This document shows, piece after piece, positions 44,178 to 53,804 of a DNA stretch of 64,000 nucleotides (the first letter of the stretch is position 1; every line of letters starts with the position of its first letter). The notes below the pieces were generated by a model. That model searched no databases and had not been told where the DNA came from. It worked only from the letters and a program-made list of their open reading frames with translations. Position numbers and translations under genes: made by a program. Source of the stretch: an uncultured Arcobacteraceae bacterium (GTDB lineage: Bacteria > Campylobacterota > Campylobacteria > Campylobacterales > Arcobacteraceae); the NCBI GenBank assembly GCA_964022095.1, contig CAXHZO010000007.1, positions 19,391 through 83,390 on the forward strand, written 5' to 3'.

Positions 44178-45011
44178 ATGAAAAACAATAGGCTTAATAT
44201 GTATAAAATGTTCTCTTTATTAATGGTAGTATTTTTAATAGGCTGTGGAGGAAGTGGAGGAAGCAGTTCATCTTCGAGAATTTTTGCTTTTGATACAAAT
44301 ACTACTTGGCAGATTCAATTAGATAACACAAGCGGAATAAATACCTCTTATAATGTAGAAGTATATGAGTTTGATCTTTTTGATAATAGTACAGATTTAA
44401 TAACACAATTAAAAAATGATGGAAAAAAAGTAATATGTTATTTTAGTGCTGGTAGTTATGAAGACTGGCGTAGTGATGAAAGCAGTTTTCCTCAAACTGT
44501 TTTAGGTAATGATTTAGATGGTTGGCCTGGTGAAAAATGGCTTGATATTTCAAGTGATTTGATTAAACCTATCATGACAGCAAGACTTGATGTAGCAGTT
44601 TCAAAAGGCTGTGATGCAGTTGAGTTTGATAATATTGATGGATATACAAATAATACAGGTTTTGCATTAAACTATAATGATCAACTCTCTTATAATAAGT
44701 TTTTAGCAACAGAAGCTAAAAGCAGAGGCTTAAAAGCTGGATTAAAAAATGATTTAGATCAAATTCCTGAATTAGTTGATTATTTTGATTTTATTGTAAA
44801 TGAACAGTGTTATGAATATGATGAATGTGATACCTTAACTCCTTTTATCGATGCAAACAAAGCCGTATTTAATATTGAATATGCAGATAAATATGTAAAC
44901 AATACAAATTCACAAAGAGATATAATTTGTAATGAAAGCAAAAGTTCTGGGATTTATACCTTGATTATGCCTTTAGATTTAGATGGTAGTTTTAGAATTA
45001 CGTGTGACTAA
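44178..45011 (+). CDS. GH114-family endo-alpha-1,4-polygalactosaminidase-like lipoprotein
   Basis: Lipobox LIGC, then a Gly/Ser linker. TIM-barrel GH114 pattern (WQIQL, YEFDLFD, VICYFSAGSYEDWR, WPGEKWLDI, CDAVEFDNIDGY). Confidence 0.7.
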   Translation: MKNNRLNMYKMFSLLMVVFLIGCGGSGGSSSSSRIFAFDTNTTWQIQLDNTSGINTSYNVEVYEFDLFDNSTDLITQLKNDGKKVICYFSAGSYEDWRSDESSFPQTVLGNDLDGWPGEKWLDISSDLIKPIMTARLDVAVSKGCDAVEFDNIDGYTNNTGFALNYNDQLSYNKFLATEAKSRGLKAGLKNDLDQIPELVDYFDFIVNEQCYEYDECDTLTPFIDANKAVFNIEYADKYVNNTNSQRDIICNESKSSGIYTLIMPLDLDGSFRITCD

Positions 45012-45030
45012 ATTTACTCTTATTTAACTT

Positions 45031-45042
45031 TATTGTATAATC
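45031..45042 (+). promoter_or_regulatory. extended -10 promoter TATTGTATAATC for the ABC-F gene
   Basis: Same 12-mer as upstream of dapD. TATAAT at 45036-45041, ~30 nt before the ATG. Confidence 0.5.
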
Positions 45043-45070
45043 TTGGAAAACTTACAATAAAAAGAAGAAT

Positions 45071-46906
45071 ATGATAGAACTTTCAAACATCTCAAAATCT
45101 TATGGAGAAAAAGAGTTATTTACAAACTTAAATTTCAGATTAAACAAAGGTAATAAAGTAGGGCTAGTAGGCCGAAATGGTAGTGGTAAATCTACTTTAT
45201 TCAAATTAATACTTGGTGAAGAAAGTCCTGATGATGGTGATATAAATATTCCAAGAAACTATAAAATAGGTGCTTTAAAACAGCATTTAGTTTTTACTGA
45301 AAAAACAGTAAGACAAGAGTCTTCATTAGCTTTAAGTGAAGAAGACAAGTATAATGTTTATAAAGTTGAAAAAATACTTTTTGGTTTAGGTTTTTCAAGT
45401 GATGACTTAGACAAAGATCCTTTATCTTTTTCAGGTGGTTATCAAATAAGAATAAATCTAGCAAAACTTTTAGTTACTGAGCCAAATCTGTTATTATTAG
45501 ATGAACCAACAAACTACTTAGATATTTTATCTCTTAGATGGTTAAAATCATTTTTAAGAAGTTTTGAGGGTGAAGTAATTATCATCACACACGATAGAGA
45601 CTTTATGGATAGTATTACAACTCATACTATGGGATTAGTAAGAAGAAACTTAGAATTAATCCCTGGAAATACAAAGAAATTTTATGAGCAATTAGAAGCA
45701 AATGATGAACACTACGAAAAACAAAAAATAGCACAAGATAAAAAAAGAAAAGAGCTTGAAGAGTTTATTGCTAAAAATAAAGCAAGAGCTTCAACAGCAG
45801 CACAAGCTCAATCAAAACAAAAAGAGCTTGATAAGATGGAAGATTTAAGCTCTTTAGCTCATGATTCAACTCTAGATTTTGATTTTAATTTTAAAGTAAC
45901 TCCTGCAAAAGTTTTATTAGATATAAAAGATGTTAGTTTTGGATATGACAAAGATAATATACTTTTCAAAGATATTGGTTTTACATTAAAAAAAGGTGAA
46001 ACTTTAGGAATTATTGGAAAAAATGGTAAAGGTAAATCTACTCTTTTAAATACAATAGCAGGTGAACTTAAACAATTAAGTGGAATAATAGATTATCACG
46101 GAACTACTAGTTTTGGCCATTTTGGACAAACAAATATTGATCACTTAAATTTAAATAATACTATCATGGATGAAATATATTTAGGAAATCCAAAATTAGC
46201 TGAATCGTCTGTTAGAGCAATTGCTGGGTCTATGATGTTTAGTGGTGATGATATCAAAAAGAAAATCTCACTTTTATCTGGTGGTGAAAAAAGTAGGGTA
46301 ATGCTTGGTAAGATTTTAGCTACAGATGTAAATTTATTATTCCTTGATGAACCTACAAACCACTTAGATATGGAGTCAATTGATTCTTTGATTCAAGCTA
46401 TCAAAAATTTTGAAGGCTCTTGTATTATTGTAACTCACTCAGAGGAACTGTTAAGACAAACGTGTGATAGACTGATTATATTTTCAAAAGGTGGAGCAGA
46501 TTATTTTGATGGTAATTATGATGAGTTCTTAGAAAAAATAGGTTGGGAAGAAGAGGAGCTTGAAGAGAAAGTAAAAGCAGCTCCAAAAGTTAATAAAAAA
46601 GAGAATAAAAAATTAAGAGCTTCTTTAATTCAAGAAAGAAGTAAACTAACAAATCCTTTAAAAAAAGCAGTTGAAAAATATGAAACTAATATTATGAACT
46701 TAGAAGAGAGTTTACAACAAAATCAAGATGAGCTAATAAAAGCTTCAAATGATGGAGATAACTCAAAGGTTATTGAGCTATCATCTATTGTTTTAAAAAT
46801 AGAAAAAGAAGTAGAAGAGAATTTTGAATTACTAGAAGAAAATCAAAATAAATTAGATGAAATTTTAGAACAGTATGAAGAAAAACTTGAAGAGCTTACA
46901 GTATGA
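45071..46906 (+). CDS. ABC-F family ATPase (two ABC domains, C-terminal coiled coil)
   Basis: Two Walker A motifs (GRNGSGKST, GKNGKGKST), two signatures (FSGGYQ, LSGGEKS), no TM domain, acidic coiled-coil tail. Confidence 0.85.
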   Translation: MIELSNISKSYGEKELFTNLNFRLNKGNKVGLVGRNGSGKSTLFKLILGEESPDDGDINIPRNYKIGALKQHLVFTEKTVRQESSLALSEEDKYNVYKVEKILFGLGFSSDDLDKDPLSFSGGYQIRINLAKLLVTEPNLLLLDEPTNYLDILSLRWLKSFLRSFEGEVIIITHDRDFMDSITTHTMGLVRRNLELIPGNTKKFYEQLEANDEHYEKQKIAQDKKRKELEEFIAKNKARASTAAQAQSKQKELDKMEDLSSLAHDSTLDFDFNFKVTPAKVLLDIKDVSFGYDKDNILFKDIGFTLKKGETLGIIGKNGKGKSTLLNTIAGELKQLSGIIDYHGTTSFGHFGQTNIDHLNLNNTIMDEIYLGNPKLAESSVRAIAGSMMFSGDDIKKKISLLSGGEKSRVMLGKILATDVNLLFLDEPTNHLDMESIDSLIQAIKNFEGSCIIVTHSEELLRQTCDRLIIFSKGGADYFDGNYDEFLEKIGWEEEELEEKVKAAPKVNKKENKKLRASLIQERSKLTNPLKKAVEKYETNIMNLEESLQQNQDELIKASNDGDNSKVIELSSIVLKIEKEVEENFELLEENQNKLDEILEQYEEKLEELTV

Positions 46907-48150
46907 TTAGTTCTTTTAAAGAGTTTAAATTCTCAACTTCTATACAAAAAGCATTAGATGAAAATTCATATTTAGAACCTACTGATATTCAAGCAAAAGT
47001 TATTCCTTTGGCTTTAGATAACAAAGATATTATTGCAAAAGCACAAACAGGAAGTGGTAAAACTGCTGCCTTTGTATTGCCAATTTTAGAAAAACTTTTA
47101 CAAAATCCAACGCAAACAAAAAAATCAAAAATCAAAGTTTTAATTTTAACTCCTACTAGAGAATTGACTTTGCAAGTTAGTGAAACTTTTAAAATATTCT
47201 CAAAATATTTTGATAGAAAATTAAAAGTATCAAATTTAATAGGTGGTCAAAATATAGGTGATCAACTTTTACACATACAAAAAGGTTGTGATGTAGTAGT
47301 TGCAACTTCAGGAAGACTTCTTGATATTATTAGTAAAAAGCAAATTAACTTAGACTCTTTGGAATATTTTGTTTTAGATGAAGCAGATAAAATGTTAAAT
47401 CAAGGCTTTGAAGAGGAGTTAGAATTAGTTTTAAAGTCATTACCTTTACAAAGACAAAATCTTTTGTTTTCTGCTACTTATTCAGATGAGATTTTAAAAA
47501 TTGTTTCAAAAATATCTAATAATGCCCAAGAAGTATTTTTACAAGAAAATGAAATAAATCTTGATAACATAAATCAAAGAGCAATTGAAGTTAATAGTGA
47601 AAATAGAAGTGCGCTTTTAAGAAAAATTTTAAAAGAAGAAAAGTTTTCAAAAGTTTTAGTATTTATGTCAAATAAAAGAGCTAGTGATAATATCTTTGCA
47701 AAATTTAAAAGATATGGGTTTAGTGCTCTTTCTTTTCATGGCGATTTAGACCAAGAAGAAAGAATAAAAACATTAGATGATTTTAAAGAAAAAAGAATTA
47801 ATATCCTTTTTGCAACAGATATTGCAGCAAGAGGATTACATATTGAAGATATCGATTGTGTTGTGAATTATGACCTTCCTAGATCTCCTAGTGATTATGT
47901 TCACAGAATCGGAAGAACAGCAAGATTTGGTAAAAGCGGAACAGCTATATCTTTTATAAATTATGAAAATGAAGAGCATTTTAAATTAATTCAAAAGCGT
48001 TCAAACATAGATATTAAAACAGAACAAATAGAAGGTTTTGAATTAAAAGGTCAAAGAGTTCAAAAGAAAAAGGGAAGTGAACCTGTAAAAGGTAAACGAA
48101 AAAGTAAAAAAGATAAATTAAGAGAAAAAGCTTCAAAAGATTCTATTTAA
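46903..48150 (+). CDS. DEAD-box ATP-dependent RNA helicase
   Basis: Motifs AQTGSGKT, PTRELT, DEAD, SAT, HRIGRTAR. Basic C-terminal tail. Confidence 0.9.
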   Translation: MISSFKEFKFSTSIQKALDENSYLEPTDIQAKVIPLALDNKDIIAKAQTGSGKTAAFVLPILEKLLQNPTQTKKSKIKVLILTPTRELTLQVSETFKIFSKYFDRKLKVSNLIGGQNIGDQLLHIQKGCDVVVATSGRLLDIISKKQINLDSLEYFVLDEADKMLNQGFEEELELVLKSLPLQRQNLLFSATYSDEILKIVSKISNNAQEVFLQENEINLDNINQRAIEVNSENRSALLRKILKEEKFSKVLVFMSNKRASDNIFAKFKRYGFSALSFHGDLDQEERIKTLDDFKEKRINILFATDIAARGLHIEDIDCVVNYDLPRSPSDYVHRIGRTARFGKSGTAISFINYENEEHFKLIQKRSNIDIKTEQIEGFELKGQRVQKKKGSEPVKGKRKSKKDKLREKASKDSI

Positions 48151-48917
48151 ATAATACCTTTTATTTTTAATGCTTCCATCATAATTTCTTTTCTATATTT
48201 AGCTTGGTTTAAACTTTGCATGTTCATATTCATTGCAAAAAACCAAGTTTTATTTTTCAGTTCTATATATCCAACATACCAGCCAATCTTCATTGCCCAA
48301 CCAGTTTTTACTCTGATAATATAATTGTCATTTGCTTCAACAATCATAACTTCTTTTGTTTTATCAATATTTTTTTGCGTATAAGGCAGATTATTTGTAT
48401 AAAGCTTCTGTAAAAACTCAATTTGCTCTAATGCTGAAATTTTTAAATCTCCATTTAGCCAAAATCTTGTTAAGTTTTCACCTACTTGCATATTTCCATA
48501 GTTTAATTGTTTTAGATGTCTTTGATAATTATATATTCCTATTCTTTTTGCAAGTTCTTGATAACACCATACACAAGAAACAGGGAATCCACTTTTGATA
48601 GAATGGTCTTGATTCCAAGGTTCCCAACCTTTATCTATTCCGTCCCATTTGATGATTTCTAATTCATTTTTTATAGCTTTTTCTTCAAGGGCAATTAAAG
48701 TATTTGCGATTTTAAAAGTTGATGCGGGTGGTAGTTGTTGTTTAGCTCTTTTTTCATCAGATATAAATACTGTGTTATTATCTAATGAACTAATCGCTAT
48801 TGTACCTACAAGCTCTCTTTTATCAAATAGTTCTTTTAGCTGTAAATCTTCAGCAAATAAAAAACTTGTTAAAAGAAAAAAAGTTATAGAAAATCTATGA
48901 ATCATGTTTATTCTCAT
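48147..48917 (-). CDS. class D (OXA-type) beta-lactamase
   Basis: Signal peptide. Active-site STFK (PPASTFKIANTLIALE), SxV-equivalent SCV, YGN (NYGNMQ), W-x-x-x-L-x-IS-x-x-EQ (FWLNGDLKISALEQIEFL), KTG (VKTGW). Confidence 0.85.
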   Translation of the reverse strand: MRINMIHRFSITFFLLTSFLFAEDLQLKELFDKRELVGTIAISSLDNNTVFISDEKRAKQQLPPASTFKIANTLIALEEKAIKNELEIIKWDGIDKGWEPWNQDHSIKSGFPVSCVWCYQELAKRIGIYNYQRHLKQLNYGNMQVGENLTRFWLNGDLKISALEQIEFLQKLYTNNLPYTQKNIDKTKEVMIVEANDNYIIRVKTGWAMKIGWYVGYIELKNKTWFFAMNMNMQSLNQAKYRKEIMMEALKIKGII

Positions 48918-48944
48918 TTTAATAAAGTTTAATTTTAACTTCTT

Positions 48945-49754
48945 TTAGTCAATTAGAAGTTTAAAACTCTTTGAATTAAATAGTTTTACAGAATCACTTT
49001 TTAGGTTTTTTAACTCTGTAGTGAATTTATCATTTGCAAAAAGTATTGCAATATCTGCTTTGAAACCAACTTTTTTACTATCACTTTGAAGTGTAGTAAG
49101 TGAAGCTTTTTTAACTTTATTTTTTGTATTAATACAATTTGCAACTAATACTTTTCCACTAGTAGTTTTTGCAACAATATCAATTTTAATTGAATTATCC
49201 CAATACTTACCAATAGTTTTTATTTCATCATCTTTATAATAAACTTTTATATATTCCATTGCAAGCTCTTCAAAAACAAAGTCTGTAAACTCTTCGATTC
49301 TATTATCAAATCTTTGCTCAAACTCTTTGTAGTTTTTATCTTTTATTCCTTTGTAAATAGGAGAAACAAAAGCGAACCAGAATCTTAAAAATGGTGTAGT
49401 AAATAGAAGTTTTTTTGATACTTTATCATCACCTCTTTGGTTTGCTAAGTAGTGTAGTGATGATTCAACTTCAATTACACCTCTTTGAGATAGATTTTCA
49501 ACATTTTTCATTCCTTCTTCAAAGCTTACATGAGCTTTTTTAAATGATGTGTTAGTTCTTCTATCTCCAAGTGCAATTCCAGTTAAAATAGCGTGAGCCA
49601 CACTATATCCACCAGTTAATGAAGTAACATCGTCTTTTAATGATAAATAGTTGTCTAATATATGTTTTTTAATCTCATCTTTTAAAGGTTTAGTTGTATC
49701 AATTTTGATATCTAATCCTCCAAATACGCTAAAAAAACTTATTGCTTCTTCCAT
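48945..49754 (-). CDS. DUF234 domain protein without the usual N-terminal ATPase module
   Basis: PFLRFWFAFVSP motif and a C-terminal nuclease-like strand pattern (IDIVAKTTSGKVLVANC). The frame is also open for 45 codons upstream with no canonical start. Confidence 0.55.
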   Translation of the reverse strand: MEEAISFFSVFGGLDIKIDTTKPLKDEIKKHILDNYLSLKDDVTSLTGGYSVAHAILTGIALGDRRTNTSFKKAHVSFEEGMKNVENLSQRGVIEVESSLHYLANQRGDDKVSKKLLFTTPFLRFWFAFVSPIYKGIKDKNYKEFEQRFDNRIEEFTDFVFEELAMEYIKVYYKDDEIKTIGKYWDNSIKIDIVAKTTSGKVLVANCINTKNKVKKASLTTLQSDSKKVGFKADIAILFANDKFTTELKNLKSDSVKLFNSKSFKLLID

Positions 49755-49889
49755 TGTTTTAGGATTGTTTTTTTGACAAAAAGTTTTAAATTGGCTTTTT
49801 GTTGTTTTCTCAAATAAAATTATTGGAGATCCTTTTTTGTTTTTTGTAATTATATAGTAATTTCTTAGCTTTTGTGCTGAAGTATAATT

Positions 49890-50996
49890 CTATTTTTTTG
49901 GAATAAAATACATTACAGTTTCGTATATACCTTCCATATAGTGCCGTAAATAGATCTTATAGTCATTTCTTATTTCAAGTATTAGTTGTGGTACCTTATA
50001 CCAATCTTGGGCTTTATGATAGACACAAATAGCTAAAATAGGGTGATATTCTTTTATGGTTTGCTTGGCACCTAAAATCGCATCTTGTTCTGCCCCTTCA
50101 ATATCAAGTTTTATAAAATCTATTTTTTCTTTTATGATATTATCAATAGTATTTATATTCATAGCTTGATAATCATGCTCACAGTTATTTTGTTTAGTAA
50201 GTGATTCAAGAGTTGTTTGAGTTTTTTTATTCCCTAATCCACAGTTTATAAATTCAATATCTCTTTTTTCTTCAAAGTCTCTTTTTGCAATATTTATATG
50301 TAAGTTATTTGGTTCAACACAGTATATTTTTTCATAATCAGGAAAGTTTTTTATAATAAAAGGAAGTGTATCTCCCACATAAGCTCCACCATCTAAAAAT
50401 CGTATATTTCTAATTTCAGGAATAATATCTTTGTCAAAATATTGCTGTGCATGGTTATTTGTAAATCCTTCCATAAAATCAAAATCAAAACTAATTTTAA
50501 AGTTTAGTACTTTTGTAAATACCTCTTTTGATTTTTCATCTTCTAGTAGTTTATAAACCTTTTCATATGCACTTTTATTTGATGGAAAATCCTCTTTAAA
50601 ATCTAATATAAAAGGTGGCGGTGCAAGTTCTAAATTAGAGTATCTGTAAAGACTAAGATAGTTAAAGTGTGTGTAACCCATATTATCTAGTTTGGTTTTT
50701 ACTTCTAGGGGACTTCCACTTGAGGTACTTAAAATAATTGAGTCTTTTGGAACATCTTGTATTTTTAAAATATTTTTCTTTTTTGAAGATTGAACTCTTG
50801 TAAAATCATCAATTATTCCATCGACTTTTATATGTTTTTGAACACTTTTTGTGAGTTTATTTATTCCAAGTATATATTTTTTTGTATTAGTTGAAGAGAT
50901 AAAAAGCTCAGTTAATTCTTTATCTTTTTTATTTATATAATCAAAATCTATCAATTTCATATTTTTAAACTTCTTATATTTTTCATTCTTATCCAT
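49890..50996 (-). CDS. FkbM-family methyltransferase
   Basis: C-terminal half has FLDGGAYVGD (SAM motif) and IDFIKLDIEGAE, typical of FkbM-type methyltransferases. Confidence 0.7.
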   Translation of the reverse strand: MDKNEKYKKFKNMKLIDFDYINKKDKELTELFISSTNTKKYILGINKLTKSVQKHIKVDGIIDDFTRVQSSKKKNILKIQDVPKDSIILSTSSGSPLEVKTKLDNMGYTHFNYLSLYRYSNLELAPPPFILDFKEDFPSNKSAYEKVYKLLEDEKSKEVFTKVLNFKISFDFDFMEGFTNNHAQQYFDKDIIPEIRNIRFLDGGAYVGDTLPFIIKNFPDYEKIYCVEPNNLHINIAKRDFEEKRDIEFINCGLGNKKTQTTLESLTKQNNCEHDYQAMNINTIDNIIKEKIDFIKLDIEGAEQDAILGAKQTIKEYHPILAICVYHKAQDWYKVPQLILEIRNDYKIYLRHYMEGIYETVMYFIPKK

Positions 50997-51691
50997 ATTT
51001 TATTATTTAGTTTTTTATATATCCATAAGCATCCAAGATCAAAGCCAAAATAAAATAGACTAATCGAACTAGGGGGATTAGCACTAGATATAAAACTTAT
51101 TTTATCAAACCAAACATCTGGCCAAACCCAACAGTTATAATATGTTCCAACTAGCTCTAAATATAAAACCATAAAATACATAATAAGATAAAATAGTCTC
51201 ATTTGCGGTTTTTTATAAAATAAATATAAAATAAATAAAAAGCAAATAAATCCAAAAGTGTCTTTATACATTACAAACCAATAAATACTAAATATACTCA
51301 TGAGTATATATAAAACTTTAATTACATACTCTTTTCTTAGTTTGATAAAATTCTCTTTTGAAATATAAAAAACAGCTGCATAAACAATACAGTGTCCAAA
51401 AGGAACATACAAAGGAAGATTTTCTAATCTGTACGTATACATTCCAAGAACTAAAGCAAATAGAGTTTCTCCAACTAAAGCAAGAAATAATCCATATATC
51501 ATTAGTTTTTTTATTTTTACAGTGACTTTTTTATAAATATAAATATAAGTTAATATTACAATTAGATTTGATATTTGTTGATTATATGAAATTATTTCAG
51601 ATATTTGCTTACTATCAATAAATAAAGCTAACCAAATAAGAAATATAGATGGTAGATAAATATAGTGATATTTAAGTTGATTAAATACCAT
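50957..51691 (-). CDS. polytopic membrane protein of unknown function (internally duplicated)
   Basis: 244 aa with ~7-8 hydrophobic helices. Two similar halves (GETLFALVLGMYTYRLENLPLYVP / LELVGTYYNCWVWPDVW). Confidence 0.45.
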   Translation of the reverse strand: MVFNQLKYHYIYLPSIFLIWLALFIDSKQISEIISYNQQISNLIVILTYIYIYKKVTVKIKKLMIYGLFLALVGETLFALVLGMYTYRLENLPLYVPFGHCIVYAAVFYISKENFIKLRKEYVIKVLYILMSIFSIYWFVMYKDTFGFICFLFILYLFYKKPQMRLFYLIMYFMVLYLELVGTYYNCWVWPDVWFDKISFISSANPPSSISLFYFGFDLGCLWIYKKLNNKIWIRMKNIRSLKI

Positions 51692-51694
51692 GTT

Positions 51695-52993
51695 TTAGAT
51701 TCTAAAAAGATCTTTAGGATTTATATGTGAAGAGTTTTTTGTTGCTTGAAATGTTAAATTATCATCAACTCTTCCTACTACATATCCTTTTTTTACCCAT
51801 TTACCAACTTTTAAAGTAGGGGCAATTTCATCAAGGTGAGAATAGATTGTATGAAGTCCATTTTCATGTTGGATAATTACAACATTTTCAAGCATACCGG
51901 CATTTTTCTTTGCATAAACTACTTTTCCATTTAAAACAGAAACTACTTTTGCTTTTCGTATTTTTGATTTTAAAACGATAGATTCATTAAATAGTTTAAT
52001 TTTATAAATAGGGTCATAATAAGTACCGAATTTTTTAACAACTTTAAATGATTTTAAAGGAGCAATAGTTTTTCTACCTCTATATCTAACAATTTTAACT
52101 CCATCCGTTGAAGAACCAATTTTTCTAACATCTAAGTTTAGATTATTTGCATATTCTTGATTTCTCACTTCTGCTGTTTTTATACTATTTGCTTTTTGGT
52201 CATTTGATTTTTTCTTTTTCTTTTTTGCCATTAAAGCTTTTAGTCTTCTTTTTCTCTCTTTTTCTCTGGCTTTTTTTATCTCTTCCGTTTTTAAAATATT
52301 TAGTTGAGATAGTAATTGTTTTAAAGACTCTTGCTGCTCAACTACCTTTGTTAACTCTTTTTGATAAGACTTATGTTGGTCTTCTAAACTAACAAGAGAT
52401 TTAGAGTGCTTCTTTTTTAGTGAGCTTAGGGTTTGTTTAGTTTTTTGTCTTTTTTTAATATATGAAGAGATTTTATCAATATTTTTTTGATTTGTTTTTG
52501 TATTTGATGTAACTAGATTATAATTATTGTTTAGCTTTAAAATTTTGTCTTTTGAATTTTGTGAAAGTAGGGTATAGATTTCGCTATCAATTAGTTCTTG
52601 TAAAGAGTTTTCAGAAGCTAGTTTAAGTGCAATAGAAACAGAAAACTCTTCTATAATCGTATCAACAATCTCTTCTTCATTATTCTTTTTTTCAGTAATA
52701 AGATTTGAAGATTTTTGTTTTAGTTGTTCTAATTTTGTTTTTGATTCTTCAAGTAATATTTGATGTTTATCAATATCACTATTTACTTTTTTAATATCTT
52801 TTTCAAGTGTTATTATATTTTTGTTTTGTTTTTCAATTTGTTCTGCTAGTTCTTTTACTTTTAAACTTGCTTTTTTCTTTTTGTAACTACTACTATTTAA
52901 TATTTGTTTGTTTTTTTCAATCTTTTTATCAATATTTGTTGCACTTAATAAAAAAGTGAATGATATAAATAGTAAAAATAGTATTTTAGTCAT
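51695..52993 (-). CDS. EnvC-like coiled-coil M23 peptidase-family protein
   Basis: Signal peptide, a long Lys/Glu/Gln coiled coil, C-terminal LytM/M23 domain (VVIIQHENGLHTIYSHLDE...KGYVVGRV). Lies downstream of ftsEX. Confidence 0.75.
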   Translation of the reverse strand: MTKILFLLFISFTFLLSATNIDKKIEKNKQILNSSSYKKKKASLKVKELAEQIEKQNKNIITLEKDIKKVNSDIDKHQILLEESKTKLEQLKQKSSNLITEKKNNEEEIVDTIIEEFSVSIALKLASENSLQELIDSEIYTLLSQNSKDKILKLNNNYNLVTSNTKTNQKNIDKISSYIKKRQKTKQTLSSLKKKHSKSLVSLEDQHKSYQKELTKVVEQQESLKQLLSQLNILKTEEIKKAREKERKRRLKALMAKKKKKKSNDQKANSIKTAEVRNQEYANNLNLDVRKIGSSTDGVKIVRYRGRKTIAPLKSFKVVKKFGTYYDPIYKIKLFNESIVLKSKIRKAKVVSVLNGKVVYAKKNAGMLENVVIIQHENGLHTIYSHLDEIAPTLKVGKWVKKGYVVGRVDDNLTFQATKNSSHINPKDLFRI

Positions 52994-53804
52994 TGTTTAT
53001 CTTATACTTTAATAGTACACCTAATATTGTAAAAATAGATATGAAAAATGATAGTAAAAATAGTTTTACAAACTCACTGTATAAACTCATTTCAATATCA
53101 ATAATATCGTGTAGTTCTATCGGAAATAAAATACTCATGTTATTATACACATAATATAAGATTGTACCTGCTGTTATAAATGCTAGAAATGAGCTTAATA
53201 CTGCATATTTTAGTACACTTGAAGCACTATAAAGTATTGATGCTCCATGTAGTCTTAAAATTGATATTTCAACACTATGTTCATGGAACCATAACTTAAT
53301 TTGTTTAGCAATTACAATAATCGCAAAAATAGTAACTATGAAAAATAGCATAAATGTAATAGTATTTATAAGTAATAATAGTAAATAAATCTGATTGTGA
53401 TTCTTATAAAAAACCTCTACTTTTCTAATATTTTTATTTTGTAATAGCATCTCTTTTATATCTTCAAGTTCACTACTTGTGGGGAAAACTTCAAGATATA
53501 TTTGATAAAAATGTGGAAGTTTTTGTTTTAATAGTTCAATAGAGTTTTTTGATAAACTTGATTTCATATTATCAATTATTCTATCTTTTTTTAAAGTCTG
53601 AATTTTTTCAACTTTAATTCCAGCAAGTTCATTAATTGATTCTTTTATCAAAGGGGTATTTGTAACAATTACAATTGAGTAGTCTCTGGATATTTTTGAT
53701 TTGTAACTATCAACAACATTATCAACTAATGTGAAAATAGAGTATGTAATTAGCATTGCTAATAAAGGAATAAAAAATGCAAAAAGATTTTTAAGAAACT
53801 TCAT
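52986..53804 (-). CDS. ftsX: cell-division ABC transporter permease-like protein FtsX
   Basis: 272 aa: TM, extracytoplasmic loop, then 3 TM. Overlaps ftsE by 14 nt. Confidence 0.7.
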   Translation of the reverse strand: MKFLKNLFAFFIPLLAMLITYSIFTLVDNVVDSYKSKISRDYSIVIVTNTPLIKESINELAGIKVEKIQTLKKDRIIDNMKSSLSKNSIELLKQKLPHFYQIYLEVFPTSSELEDIKEMLLQNKNIRKVEVFYKNHNQIYLLLLLINTITFMLFFIVTIFAIIVIAKQIKLWFHEHSVEISILRLHGASILYSASSVLKYAVLSSFLAFITAGTILYYVYNNMSILFPIELHDIIDIEMSLYSEFVKLFLLSFFISIFTILGVLLKYKINND

